Source of the DNA: Gammaproteobacteria bacterium | Lineage (GTDB): Bacteria; Pseudomonadota; Gammaproteobacteria; GCA-001735895 | Reading direction: 5' to 3' | NCBI GenBank assembly: GCA_030066315.1 | Contig: JASJBW010000007.1 | Span: 1 to 43,960 of the forward strand | DNA length: 43,960 nucleotides | In this document: one piece after another, positions 1 through 8,512 of the stretch | Layout of the letters: each line of letters opens with the position of its first letter | How positions within the stretch are numbered: position 1 is the first letter of the stretch | Notes under the pieces: model-generated | Seen by the model: the letters and a program-made list of their open reading frames with translations, nothing else | What the model was told of the DNA's origin: nothing | The model's database searches: none | Program-made: the position numbers and the translations under genes

Positions 1-104
1 GGATACGCGGCCAGTACCTGGCCCGGGGTTAACAGGCCGGCTGAGGCCGCCACGCCAACGGCACTCACCGCCAGGGTTCTTTTTAATAATGTTCTACGAT
101 TCAT
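1..104 (-). CDS. soxY: Probable SoxY (thiosulfate oxidation carrier protein), 5' fragment running off the window edge; Tat signal peptide
   Basis: Not in the ORF track. Read by hand from ATG at 104: MNRRTLLKRTLAVSAVGVAASAGLLTPGQVLAAYP. It has a twin-Arg motif (NRRTLLK), and the AGLLTP..VLAA[WY]P segment is typical of gammaproteobacterial SoxY leaders. RBS-like AGAGG lies upstream. The diagnostic C-terminal GGCGG is outside the window. Confidence 0.7.
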   Translation of the reverse strand, partial: MNRRTLLKRTLAVSAVGVAASAGLLTPGQVLAAY

Positions 105-239
105 GTTCACCTCTCTAAGTTAGTGTTATCACAGTATAAAAATGACAACTGAATGCCAAATGAATAAGGACTTGTGTAAGCAGGACGCGGCTCACATAAT
201 ATTCATTTCATTTTTTTTCGGATATCATGGGCTAAATCT

Positions 240-368
240 ATGCGTTTTCTCTTACCCCGCTCGGCATTGGCAATATTACTCATCGGCAGTGTTTTTGTAA
301 TCAGTGCTTGTGGTAATAAGGGCCCATTAAGCCTACCCTCGCCAGAAACTTCGCAACAACAGAGTTAA
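240..368 (+). CDS. lptM: Small lipoprotein, LptM/YifL/LppL family (42 aa)
   Basis: Below the ORF-track cutoff. MRFLLPRSALAILLIGSVFVISACGNKGPLSLPSPETSQQQS has a lipobox ISA-C followed by CGxKGPLxLP. Its position just upstream of lysA-dapF is the usual one for this family. Confidence 0.85.
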   Translation: MRFLLPRSALAILLIGSVFVISACGNKGPLSLPSPETSQQQS

Positions 369-374
369 ATTACA

Positions 375-1628
375 TTGGATCATTTCAATTACCTGGACGG
401 AGCGCTGTTTTGCGAACAGGTCCCACTGAGAACCATAGCCGAGACCTATGGTACTCCCGTATACGTCTATTCGCGTGCAACTCTCGAACGGCATTGGCAT
501 GCTTTTGATCAGGCGCTGTCTGATCGGCCTCATCTCGTTTGTTACGCGGTGAAAGCCAATTCGAATCTGGCGTTATTAAATATTTTGGCACGCCTCGGCA
601 GCGGTTTCGATATCGTTTCTGGGGGAGAACTACAGCGGGTAGTCCGCGCAGGCGGAGATCCTGCCAAGGTTGTTTTTTCCGGTGTAGGCAAACAACCTGA
701 CGAAATACAAATGGCTTTGCAACAGGGCATTCGCTGTTTCAATGTCGAATCTGAACAGGAATTACATACGATCAATGAAATTGCGGGGCAAATGCAAAAA
801 AAAGCCCCGATTTCATTTCGAGTGAATCCTGACGTTGATGCTAAAACTCATCCCTATATCTCCACTGGTCTGAAGGAAAACAAGTTTGGTATCGCCTTTG
901 AACAGGCTGAACAAGTTTACCTGCAGGCCAGCGCCCTGAAGTATATTGATATCATGGGCATTGACTGCCATATCGGCTCTCAATTGACTGAGCTTTCACC
1001 CTTTGTGGATGCGCTTGCACGGTTGCTTGGGTTGATCGATCGCCTGGCCTCTAAGGGCATCGATATCCATCATCTGGATCTTGGCGGTGGATTGGGAGTT
1101 CGTTATCAGGAAGAAAATCCACCCTTACCCGCGGAATGGGCCAGTGCACTCAATGATAAGCTGAGTAGTTTCCAGGGTGAGGTTGTTATCGAACCCGGCC
1201 GTGCCATTGCGGCCAACGCCGGCATTCTGCTCACCCGAATTAATGTCATTAAAAAGAACGAACACAAGAATTTTGCCATCATCGATGCCGCCATGAATGA
1301 CTTGATGCGCCCAGCCCTGTACAAGGCCTGGCAGGATATTATACCAGTGCATACAGATGCGAACGCAGAAGCAGCTGTCTACGATGTGGTGGGACCCATT
1401 TGTGAAACCGGTGATTTTCTTGGCAAGGATCGTGAACTACGGGTTCAACCTGGCGATCTCCTGGCCATACGATCATCCGGCGCCTATGGTTTTACCATGA
1501 GCTCCAATTATAATTCACGCCCGCGCGCTGCTGAAGTCATAGTGGATGGCGATCACCATCACTTGGTCCGTGAACGTGAATCCTTTGCTGATCTGATTCG
1601 TGGAGAATCCCTGCTACCAGCAGGTTAA
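375..1628 (+). CDS. lysA: Diaminopimelate decarboxylase
   Basis: YAVKAN PLP-lysine motif, HIGSQ, GGG, EPGR and CETGD motifs; TTG start; followed by dapF. Confidence 0.97.
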   Translation: MDHFNYLDGALFCEQVPLRTIAETYGTPVYVYSRATLERHWHAFDQALSDRPHLVCYAVKANSNLALLNILARLGSGFDIVSGGELQRVVRAGGDPAKVVFSGVGKQPDEIQMALQQGIRCFNVESEQELHTINEIAGQMQKKAPISFRVNPDVDAKTHPYISTGLKENKFGIAFEQAEQVYLQASALKYIDIMGIDCHIGSQLTELSPFVDALARLLGLIDRLASKGIDIHHLDLGGGLGVRYQEENPPLPAEWASALNDKLSSFQGEVVIEPGRAIAANAGILLTRINVIKKNEHKNFAIIDAAMNDLMRPALYKAWQDIIPVHTDANAEAAVYDVVGPICETGDFLGKDRELRVQPGDLLAIRSSGAYGFTMSSNYNSRPRAAEVIVDGDHHHLVRERESFADLIRGESLLPAG

Positions 1629-1632
1629 AGTG

Positions 1633-2463
1633 ATGAAAATACTTTTTACCAAGATGCATGGACTGGGTAATGATTTCATGGTGATCGATGGTATTCATCA
1701 ATCGATCACGCCTGATCCAAAACTGATAGCCGCCTGGGCTGATCGTCATTTTGGTATTGGTTTTGACCAGTTGTTGCTGGTCGAGCCACCCAGCAATGCA
1801 GAAGCCCTGTTTAAATACCGAATTTTTAATGCTGATGGTGGTGAAGTGGATCAATGCGGCAACGGAGCGCGTTGCTTTGCGCGTTTTGTACGTGAAAAAG
1901 GTCTTACTGATGCCAAGGTGATTCCAGTGGAGACCAATACCGGTAGACTCGAACTCAAAATGATTGATGATGAACACGTCACGGTCAATATGGGGATTCC
2001 TGAGTTTGAGCCTCATAAAATACCGCTTAACACTCCCCAACGTCAGCACACTTACGAGCTTTCGCTGGGAGATCGTAAATTGACCTTCAGCGCCTTATCG
2101 ATGGGTAATCCTCATGCCGTATTTCAAGTAAAAAAATTAGATGATATGACAGTCCAACAATTGGGACCCCTGCTAGAATCACACCCGTTTTTTCCTCAAC
2201 GCGTCAATGCGGGTTTTATGCAGGTGACTGGTCGAGATGCCTTTAATTTAAGGGTATATGAGCGCGGTGTGGGTGAAACCCTGGCTTGTGGTAGTGGCGC
2301 CTGCGCCGCCATGGTGGCAGGTGTACAACTGGGATTACTGGATCACCAGGCTACTGCCCGTGTTCAGGGTGGTCATCTCCAACTCGACTGGCCAGGAGAA
2401 GGTAAGCCCGTTATGATGACGGGTAGCACCGCCGTGGTGTATGAAGGGGAAATCAACGTATGA
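1633..2463 (+). CDS. dapF: Diaminopimelate epimerase
   Basis: FTKMHGLGNDF N-terminus, with QCGNG and ETLACGSG catalytic Cys motifs. Start placed at ATG 1633 just after the lysA stop, not at the ORF-track start of 1600. Confidence 0.97.
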   Translation: MKILFTKMHGLGNDFMVIDGIHQSITPDPKLIAAWADRHFGIGFDQLLLVEPPSNAEALFKYRIFNADGGEVDQCGNGARCFARFVREKGLTDAKVIPVETNTGRLELKMIDDEHVTVNMGIPEFEPHKIPLNTPQRQHTYELSLGDRKLTFSALSMGNPHAVFQVKKLDDMTVQQLGPLLESHPFFPQRVNAGFMQVTGRDAFNLRVYERGVGETLACGSGACAAMVAGVQLGLLDHQATARVQGGHLQLDWPGEGKPVMMTGSTAVVYEGEINV

Positions 2464-3161
2464 CCAATATAACCAACGCCGAGCCGGTACCAGACCTTAA
2501 TCTGGACGAAACATCGGTTATTGACTATCTAAAAAACAATCCAGAAACCCTGGAAAGACATCCAGAGGTGCTTACCATGCTGACATTTCCCCATGAAAGT
2601 GGTGCAGCTGTGTCTCTGGTTGAGCGCCAGTTAAAACTATTGCGTGAGGAAAACAAAGAACTCAAAGATAAACTCAGTGGACTGGTCAAGATTGCGCGCG
2701 AGAATGAAGAACTTGGACAACGCTTTCATCGCCTGTCCCTGGAATTAATGGCCACTCAGCAGTTGCATGATATCGTGGCATTAACACAGGACCAGGTACA
2801 AACTTTTTTTTACACGGATTACGTCAGTTTCTGTTTTCACGATGAACTGGCTGAAAAGCTAGATGGTCTAGAAAAAAATACCCTGGATGCCCAGAGTCCT
2901 TTAGCGCCCAAGGTTCGCAGCTGGATGCACTCCCGTAAACCTGTTTTTGGCCCGTTGGAAGATGACATGCTGCGCCTGTTATTCGGTGATAATCAACAGA
3001 TCGCTTCCAGTGTATTGATCCCAATTTATCATACCCGTGACATAGGATTACTGATGTTGGGGAGTAAAAGCCAAGATCGATTTCGTGCGGATATGGGCAC
3101 TGTCTTTCTGAAACAACTGGGAGAATTGATCAGCCATAAATTGAAGTATTTTCTGTCCTGA
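2460..3161 (+). CDS. DUF484 (YigA-like) GAF-fold protein
   Basis: PHESGAAVSLVERQ and F..DMGTVFL motifs; conserved position between dapF and xerC. Confidence 0.9.
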   Translation: MTNITNAEPVPDLNLDETSVIDYLKNNPETLERHPEVLTMLTFPHESGAAVSLVERQLKLLREENKELKDKLSGLVKIARENEELGQRFHRLSLELMATQQLHDIVALTQDQVQTFFYTDYVSFCFHDELAEKLDGLEKNTLDAQSPLAPKVRSWMHSRKPVFGPLEDDMLRLLFGDNQQIASSVLIPIYHTRDIGLLMLGSKSQDRFRADMGTVFLKQLGELISHKLKYFLS

Positions 3162-3166
3162 TCATC

Positions 3167-4078
3167 ATGTCTCTCAACCAGCATTTGTCCTCTTTTATTC
3201 AAATGCTTACCAACGAAAAATTTTACTCTCCACACACCTGCAAGAATTATCAAAAAGACCTGCAGCTGTTTGCAGATTACTTGCAATCTCTGCATATCAC
3301 GGATTGGCAGCAAGTGGATTACCGAACGGTTTCTGCATTTGCTGCGCAGCGTTTTCGTCAAGGTAAAAAAGGCAATACGATCCAGCGGGAACTCTCCTCT
3401 ATACGAAGTTTTTACCGATACCTGTTGCGACAACAAGTGGTTTCACATAATCCCGCCATCGATGTGAAAGCTCCAAAAACTGAAAAAAAACTCCCTAAAA
3501 CCTGTGATAGTGAACAGATCGAGCAATTGCTGAAATCATCATCTACTGATCATCCACTGCGTATTCGCGATCTGGCCATTTTTGAATTGATATACTCTTC
3601 CGGATTGCGCCTGGCAGAAGTGGTCAGTTTGAACCTCGATGATATCGACCTGCAACAACGTCAGTTAGTAGTGACCGGAAAGGGTAATAAAACTCGATAT
3701 CTGCCTGTTGGAAAAAAAGCCATTGAAGCCTTACGTCTTTGGCTGAAGGCGCGTCGAGGATTGCTAAAACATCAGGATGAAACAGCCCTTTTTCTCAGTC
3801 AGCAAGGGCAACGCCTGTCAGCGCGTTCCATTCAGAAACGGTTGAATAATCTTTCCAAACAGCAATCGCTACCCATACACCTCTCACCCCATATGTTACG
3901 GCATTCTTTTGCGACCCATTTACTGGAGTCCAGCTCTGATTTAAGAGCCGTACAGGAATTACTGGGGCATGCTGATATCAGTACTACACAAATTTATACA
4001 CATCTTGATTTCCAACATCTGGCCCAGGTTTATGACCAGGCTCACCCCAGGGCTAAAAAAAGATCCAATGAATCTTGA
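3167..4078 (+). CDS. xerC: Tyrosine recombinase XerC
   Basis: SGLRLAE, HMLRHSFATH, LGH and TQIY catalytic motifs; C-terminal YDQAHPRA; dapF-DUF484-xerC gene order. Confidence 0.93.
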   Translation: MSLNQHLSSFIQMLTNEKFYSPHTCKNYQKDLQLFADYLQSLHITDWQQVDYRTVSAFAAQRFRQGKKGNTIQRELSSIRSFYRYLLRQQVVSHNPAIDVKAPKTEKKLPKTCDSEQIEQLLKSSSTDHPLRIRDLAIFELIYSSGLRLAEVVSLNLDDIDLQQRQLVVTGKGNKTRYLPVGKKAIEALRLWLKARRGLLKHQDETALFLSQQGQRLSARSIQKRLNNLSKQQSLPIHLSPHMLRHSFATHLLESSSDLRAVQELLGHADISTTQIYTHLDFQHLAQVYDQAHPRAKKRSNES

Positions 4079-4102
4079 AATTGAACCTCACCACCCCAAT
4101 AT
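4074..4102 (+). promoter_or_regulatory. Sigma32 (RpoH) heat-shock promoter for hslVU
   Basis: CTTGAAA (4074-4080), 13 nt spacer, CCCCAATAT (4094-4102). This is close to the RpoH consensus CTTGAA-N13-17-CCCCATNT, lies upstream of hslV and overlaps the xerC stop codon. Confidence 0.75.
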
Positions 4103-4185
4103 CCGGCAATTCGGGTTCATGGGTTGCGTGCTGAAAAAAACGTCTACTCTTCCGGAATCACTTAAATATTTATCGAGGAATCGTC

Positions 4186-4725
4186 TTGGATCAATTCAGA
4201 GGCACCACCATACTTTCAGTTCGCCGGGGTAATTCAGTCGTCATCGGCGGCGATGGTCAAGTCACCATGGGTAACACTGTGATGAAAGGCAATGCTCGTA
4301 AAGTGCGGCGTCTTTTGAAAAACCAGGTGATCGCCGGATTTGCCGGTGGTACTGCTGATGCTTTTACCTTGTTTGAATTATTTGAAGGTAAGCTTGAAAA
4401 ACACAGCGGTCAGCTGGTTCGAGCTGCCGTAGAATTGGCTAAAGACTGGCGACAGGACCGGGTGTTGAGAAAGCTCGAAGCCCTGTTATGCGTTGCAGAC
4501 AAGGAGGCTTCTTTAATCATCTCCGGCAATGGTGACGTGATCGAACCGGAAGACGATCTGATGGCTATAGGCTCAGGTGGTGCTTTTGCCCAAGCAGCGG
4601 CGCGAGCAATGCTGGATACGACCGAAATGAATGCCCTAGACATTGTGGAAAAAGGCTTAAAGATAGCTGGTGACATCTGTATTTATACCAACCAGAACCG
4701 CACTATCGAACAACTGGATTACTAA
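4186..4725 (+). CDS. hslV: ATP-dependent protease peptidase subunit HslV
   Basis: TTILSVRR with the catalytic Thr after a short leader; [20 protein letters not shown] and DICIYTN motifs; TTG start with GAGGA RBS. Confidence 0.97.
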   Translation: MDQFRGTTILSVRRGNSVVIGGDGQVTMGNTVMKGNARKVRRLLKNQVIAGFAGGTADAFTLFELFEGKLEKHSGQLVRAAVELAKDWRQDRVLRKLEALLCVADKEASLIISGNGDVIEPEDDLMAIGSGGAFAQAAARAMLDTTEMNALDIVEKGLKIAGDICIYTNQNRTIEQLDY

Positions 4726-4742
4726 ATTTGAACGGTTAAAGC

Positions 4743-6089
4743 GTGGATACAAAATATATCAATCAATCTCCCATGACACCGCGTGAAATCACGCAGGAAC
4801 TGGATAAGCATATTATTGGACAGGATGAAGCCAAAAGGGCCGTAGCCATTGCCTTGCGAAATCGCTGGCGCAGATTGCAAGTGGCTGAAGATCTTCGCAA
4901 CGAAATAACTCCAAAAAACATTTTAATGATCGGTCCCACCGGGGTAGGTAAAACTGAAATCGCGCGACGTCTTGCGCGCCTGGCAAACGCTCCTTTCATT
5001 AAAGTTGAAGCCACAAAATTTACGGAAGTTGGTTATGTTGGCCGCGATGTTGAATCGATTGTACGCGATCTTGTCGATGTCTCGGTTAAAATGATGCGCG
5101 AAACTGAACTCGAGCGTGTAAAACACCGGGCGGAGGACGCGGCTGAAGAGCGTATCCTTGATGTGTTACTGCCCCGGCCTAATGACTTTCAGCAAGAAGC
5201 GGATGACTCAGCCAGTAGTACGCGTCAAAAATTCCGCAAAATGCTGCGCGAGGGCAAACTGGACGAAAAGGAGATCGAAATTGACGTGGTGACGCCATCC
5301 GTAGGCGTAGAAATTATGGCGCCTCCCGGAATGGAAGAGATGACCAACCAATTACAAGGCCTTTTCCAGAACATGGGCAGTGGTAAAACCAAGACCCGTA
5401 AGATGCCAGTCAAAGATGCCTTAAAACATCTAACTGACGAAGAAGCTTCCAAGCTCATTAATGAAGAAGAGCTCAAAATAGCTGCTTTGGAGAACGCCGA
5501 ACAAAATGGCATCGTGTTTATCGATGAGATAGACAAGGTGGCCAAGCGACAGGAGACCAGTGGCTCCGATGTCTCCCGTGAAGGGGTACAGCGGGATTTG
5601 CTACCTCTGGTAGAAGGCTGCACAGTCTCGACAAAATCCGGCATGATCAAGACAGATCACATCCTTTTCATTGCATCCGGCGCATTTCATTTGTCTAAAC
5701 CCAGTGACCTTATTCCAGAATTACAGGGCCGTTTACCGATCAGGGTAGAGCTGTCAGCGCTATCGGTGGGTGATTTTGTGCGCATCCTTAGAGAACCGGA
5801 TGCCGCTCTGACTGAACAATACAGTGCATTGATGGCCACTGAAGAGGTTTCATTGGAATTTACTGATGAAGGTTTGCAACGATTGGCGGAAGTGGCTTAT
5901 GAGGTTAATGAAAAACAAGAAAATATAGGCGCGCGTCGCCTGTATACGGTGATGGAACGACTTCTGGAATCCGTCAGTTTTGAGGCCTCCGATATGCGCG
6001 GAAAAAGTGTGGTGATTGACGCTGACTACGTGGCAGAACACCTCGAAGAATTGGCTAAAGACGAAGACCTTAGCCAATATATCTTGTAA
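4743..6089 (+). CDS. hslU: ATP-dependent protease ATPase subunit HslU
   Basis: GPTGVGKT Walker A, FIDEIDK Walker B, GYVG pore loop and IGARRL. The start could alternatively be ATG 4773. Confidence 0.97.
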   Translation: MDTKYINQSPMTPREITQELDKHIIGQDEAKRAVAIALRNRWRRLQVAEDLRNEITPKNILMIGPTGVGKTEIARRLARLANAPFIKVEATKFTEVGYVGRDVESIVRDLVDVSVKMMRETELERVKHRAEDAAEERILDVLLPRPNDFQQEADDSASSTRQKFRKMLREGKLDEKEIEIDVVTPSVGVEIMAPPGMEEMTNQLQGLFQNMGSGKTKTRKMPVKDALKHLTDEEASKLINEEELKIAALENAEQNGIVFIDEIDKVAKRQETSGSDVSREGVQRDLLPLVEGCTVSTKSGMIKTDHILFIASGAFHLSKPSDLIPELQGRLPIRVELSALSVGDFVRILREPDAALTEQYSALMATEEVSLEFTDEGLQRLAEVAYEVNEKQENIGARRLYTVMERLLESVSFEASDMRGKSVVIDADYVAEHLEELAKDEDLSQYIL

Positions 6090-6120
6090 TCGAATCAATC
6101 CCTCGCAGGCAGATAATATT

Positions 6121-6495
6121 ATGAGCTCACCCAAACCCACAGAAATCAATTTTCACAAAGTGTCGCGCGTTCTTGAACTGGCGTTTAACGATGGCTCCCG
6201 TTTCCAATTGCCCGCAGAGTACCTTCGCGTCTACTCCCCCTCTGCTGAAGTGCAAGGTCACGGACCCGGTCAGGAAGTGCTCCAGATTGGCAAAGAAGAC
6301 GTCAATATCACTCACCTCGAACCCGTAGGCCACTATGCCATTAAGCTGATGTTCGATGACAATCATGACACCGGTCTTTACAGTTGGGATTACTTGTATC
6401 AATTGGGGGCCCATTACGATAAAAAATGGCAAACCTATCTTGAACGACTGGAAGCAGCCGGATATACCCGCAAGGAAAATAAGCTGGAAAGCTAG
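6121..6495 (+). CDS. DUF971 / gamma-butyrobetaine hydroxylase N-terminal-like protein
   Basis: EYLRVYSPSAEV and GHYAIKLMFDDNHDTGLYSWDYL motifs; usual position between hslU and ubiE. Start moved to ATG 6121. Confidence 0.88.
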   Translation: MSSPKPTEINFHKVSRVLELAFNDGSRFQLPAEYLRVYSPSAEVQGHGPGQEVLQIGKEDVNITHLEPVGHYAIKLMFDDNHDTGLYSWDYLYQLGAHYDKKWQTYLERLEAAGYTRKENKLES

Positions 6496-6650
6496 CAGAC
6501 CTGATAGCTTGACTGGATAAGCCCGAGTCCAGGTTTAAGCACTTTATCATCATACTGACATTCTTCAGCTTGTTCACTTAAGAGCCCTTTGCATGCAGAC
6601 CCAATCAGCCCATTCTGGTAAGCTGTATGCGGTAAAATACGAGCAAGGTT

Positions 6651-7403
6651 ATGAAAAACGAATCCACGACTCATTTTGGCTTCGAGCAAGTCCCGTCCAG
6701 TGAAAAAGCAGGCAAAGTTGCCGGTGTCTTTGATTCTGTAGCCAGTAACTACGACTTAATGAACGATGTCATGTCATTAGGCATACATCGCTTGTGGAAA
6801 AAATTCACCATTGAGATGTGTGGTTTACGTGAAGGGCACAAGGTATTGGATCTGGCAGGTGGAACCGGTGACCTTGCCATCAAGCAGGCGCAGAAGGTCG
6901 GTGACAGTGGTCACGTGATACTGGCGGATATCAATGCCTCCATGCTTCAGGAAGGACGTGATCGCGTATTGAATAAAGGCCTGGTAAATCGGATATCCAC
7001 GAGCCAATGTAACGCCGAGATCCTACCTTTTGATGACAATACTTTTGATTGCATCACGATCGCTTTTGGCTTACGCAATGTTACCGATAAAATTAAAGCA
7101 TTGCAGTCGATGCGCCGGGTATTGAAAGCCGGAGGACGGCTGTGTGTCCTGGAGTTCTCCAAACCACTACACCCACCCTTACAAAAACTTTACGATTTTT
7201 ATTCCTTTAATATCTTACCCAGAATGGGTGAATGGATTGCCAAGGACAAGGACAGCTATCAATATCTGGCTGAATCCATACGTATGCATCCGGACCAGGA
7301 AACCCTGAAACAAATGATGCTTAACGATGCGGGTTTTGATGAAGTCGAGGTTTTTAATATGACCGGTGGCATTGTTGCCTTGCATCGCGCCTTCAAATAT
7401 TAA
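6651..7403 (+). CDS. ubiE: Ubiquinone/menaquinone biosynthesis C-methyltransferase
   Basis: [30 protein letters not shown] and YLAESI motifs. Confidence 0.97.
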   Translation: MKNESTTHFGFEQVPSSEKAGKVAGVFDSVASNYDLMNDVMSLGIHRLWKKFTIEMCGLREGHKVLDLAGGTGDLAIKQAQKVGDSGHVILADINASMLQEGRDRVLNKGLVNRISTSQCNAEILPFDDNTFDCITIAFGLRNVTDKIKALQSMRRVLKAGGRLCVLEFSKPLHPPLQKLYDFYSFNILPRMGEWIAKDKDSYQYLAESIRMHPDQETLKQMMLNDAGFDEVEVFNMTGGIVALHRAFKY

Positions 7404-7407
7404 ATTT

Positions 7408-7890
7408 ATGGCTTTGAGTCATCATCAGTTTCAAACCGCTGGATTTTGGCGACGTTTACTGGCTTTTCTACTGGATAGCCTGATGATTGGAGTTATCACT
7501 ACGATGATTACCGTGGGGCTATTTGGTGTGGAGTATATTTCACAACTGCAACATACTGATGCACTCGGACCAAAAGATTGGGTAGTGATCGCTCTGGAAC
7601 AAGGTGTACCTGCAGTGTGGACCATCGGTTTCTGGATTTTCTGGATGGCAACACCTGGAAAAATGTTGATGGATATCAAAATTGTCGATGCCAAATCCAT
7701 CGGCAAGGCCCGTAATGGGCAATTGGTGTTACGCTATTTCGGTTATATTTTAAGCGCCATTCCTTTGGGCCTGGGCTTTTTATGGATTTTAATCGATAAA
7801 AAGAACCAGGGTTGGCACGATAAATTATCCTCCACGCTGGTGATCATGCAGGATGAATCTTTAAAGCCATTAGAGTTTTACCATGGTTAA
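7408..7890 (+). CDS. RDD family membrane protein
   Basis: AGFWRRLLAFLLD, TPGK and QGWHDK motifs with hydrophobic helices. Start placed at ATG 7408 just after the ubiE stop. Confidence 0.9.
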   Translation: MALSHHQFQTAGFWRRLLAFLLDSLMIGVITTMITVGLFGVEYISQLQHTDALGPKDWVVIALEQGVPAVWTIGFWIFWMATPGKMLMDIKIVDAKSIGKARNGQLVLRYFGYILSAIPLGLGFLWILIDKKNQGWHDKLSSTLVIMQDESLKPLEFYHG

Positions 7891-8512
7891 CACACTGATC
7901 AATGATTTACTGAGTATTGCCGAGATAGGCGGGAATCATTTACTGGGGATGGACCCAGCCATCCTGGTTCACTGCGAGGAATTGCAGGGTTCAATTATTG
8001 CAATTGAACTCACTGATCTGGAACAAACTATTTATTGCCATCCTGGCTCCTGGGGTATTCGTCTCAGCTTCCAGGCCCCTGCTAAAGATATCGATGCATC
8101 CATCAAGGGTAAATTAGTTGGCTTAATCAACTTATCCTTACAGCAGGACAAGGCCAGTACGTCTATTCAAGAGCGCATTGAAATTAGCGGCAATCCCGCC
8201 ATCGCCCAAAAATTTCAAAAGATCCTGACCGAGCTGGATATTGACTGGGAAGAGCAGTTATCGAAACTGACTGGTGACATCATGGCCTTCAGAATCAACC
8301 AGGCACTGCAAAAAACTGGGAAATGGCTTAAGCAGAGCACCGAATCCATTGCTTTTTCTGGACGGGAGTACCTGCAGGAAGAAGCACATCATCTGCCTAC
8401 CAAGCCCGAATTCATGCAATTTCAACAGTCTGTAACAGAATTGCGCCATGACGTGGATCGTATGGAGGCCCTGCTGAATCACTGGATAGAACAAAAACAT
8501 AAAACAGAATGA
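7883..8512 (+). CDS. ubiJ: Ubiquinone biosynthesis accessory factor UbiJ (SCP2 domain)
   Basis: IEISG, IDWEEQLSKLTGD, EYLQEE and C-terminal LRHDVDRME coiled coil; overlaps the ubiB start. Confidence 0.88.
   Translation: MVNTLINDLLSIAEIGGNHLLGMDPAILVHCEELQGSIIAIELTDLEQTIYCHPGSWGIRLSFQAPAKDIDASIKGKLVGLINLSLQQDKASTSIQERIEISGNPAIAQKFQKILTELDIDWEEQLSKLTGDIMAFRINQALQKTGKWLKQSTESIAFSGREYLQEEAHHLPTKPEFMQFQQSVTELRHDVDRMEALLNHWIEQKHKTE

Noticed and set aside
3167-4078. Tyrosine recombinase as a sign of a prophage or integrative element
   Set aside because: It sits in the housekeeping dapF-DUF484-xerC context, with no att repeats or mobile genes nearby.
4186-4206. HslV N-terminal extension MDQFRG before the catalytic Thr
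   Set aside because: Short processed propeptides are common in HslV homologues.
6121-6495. DUF971 between hslU and ubiE as a new association
   Set aside because: This gene order is widespread in gammaproteobacteria.
6341-6689. Short minus-strand ORFs spanning the DUF971-ubiE gap
   Set aside because: They overlap real genes in antisense and have no recognisable motif.
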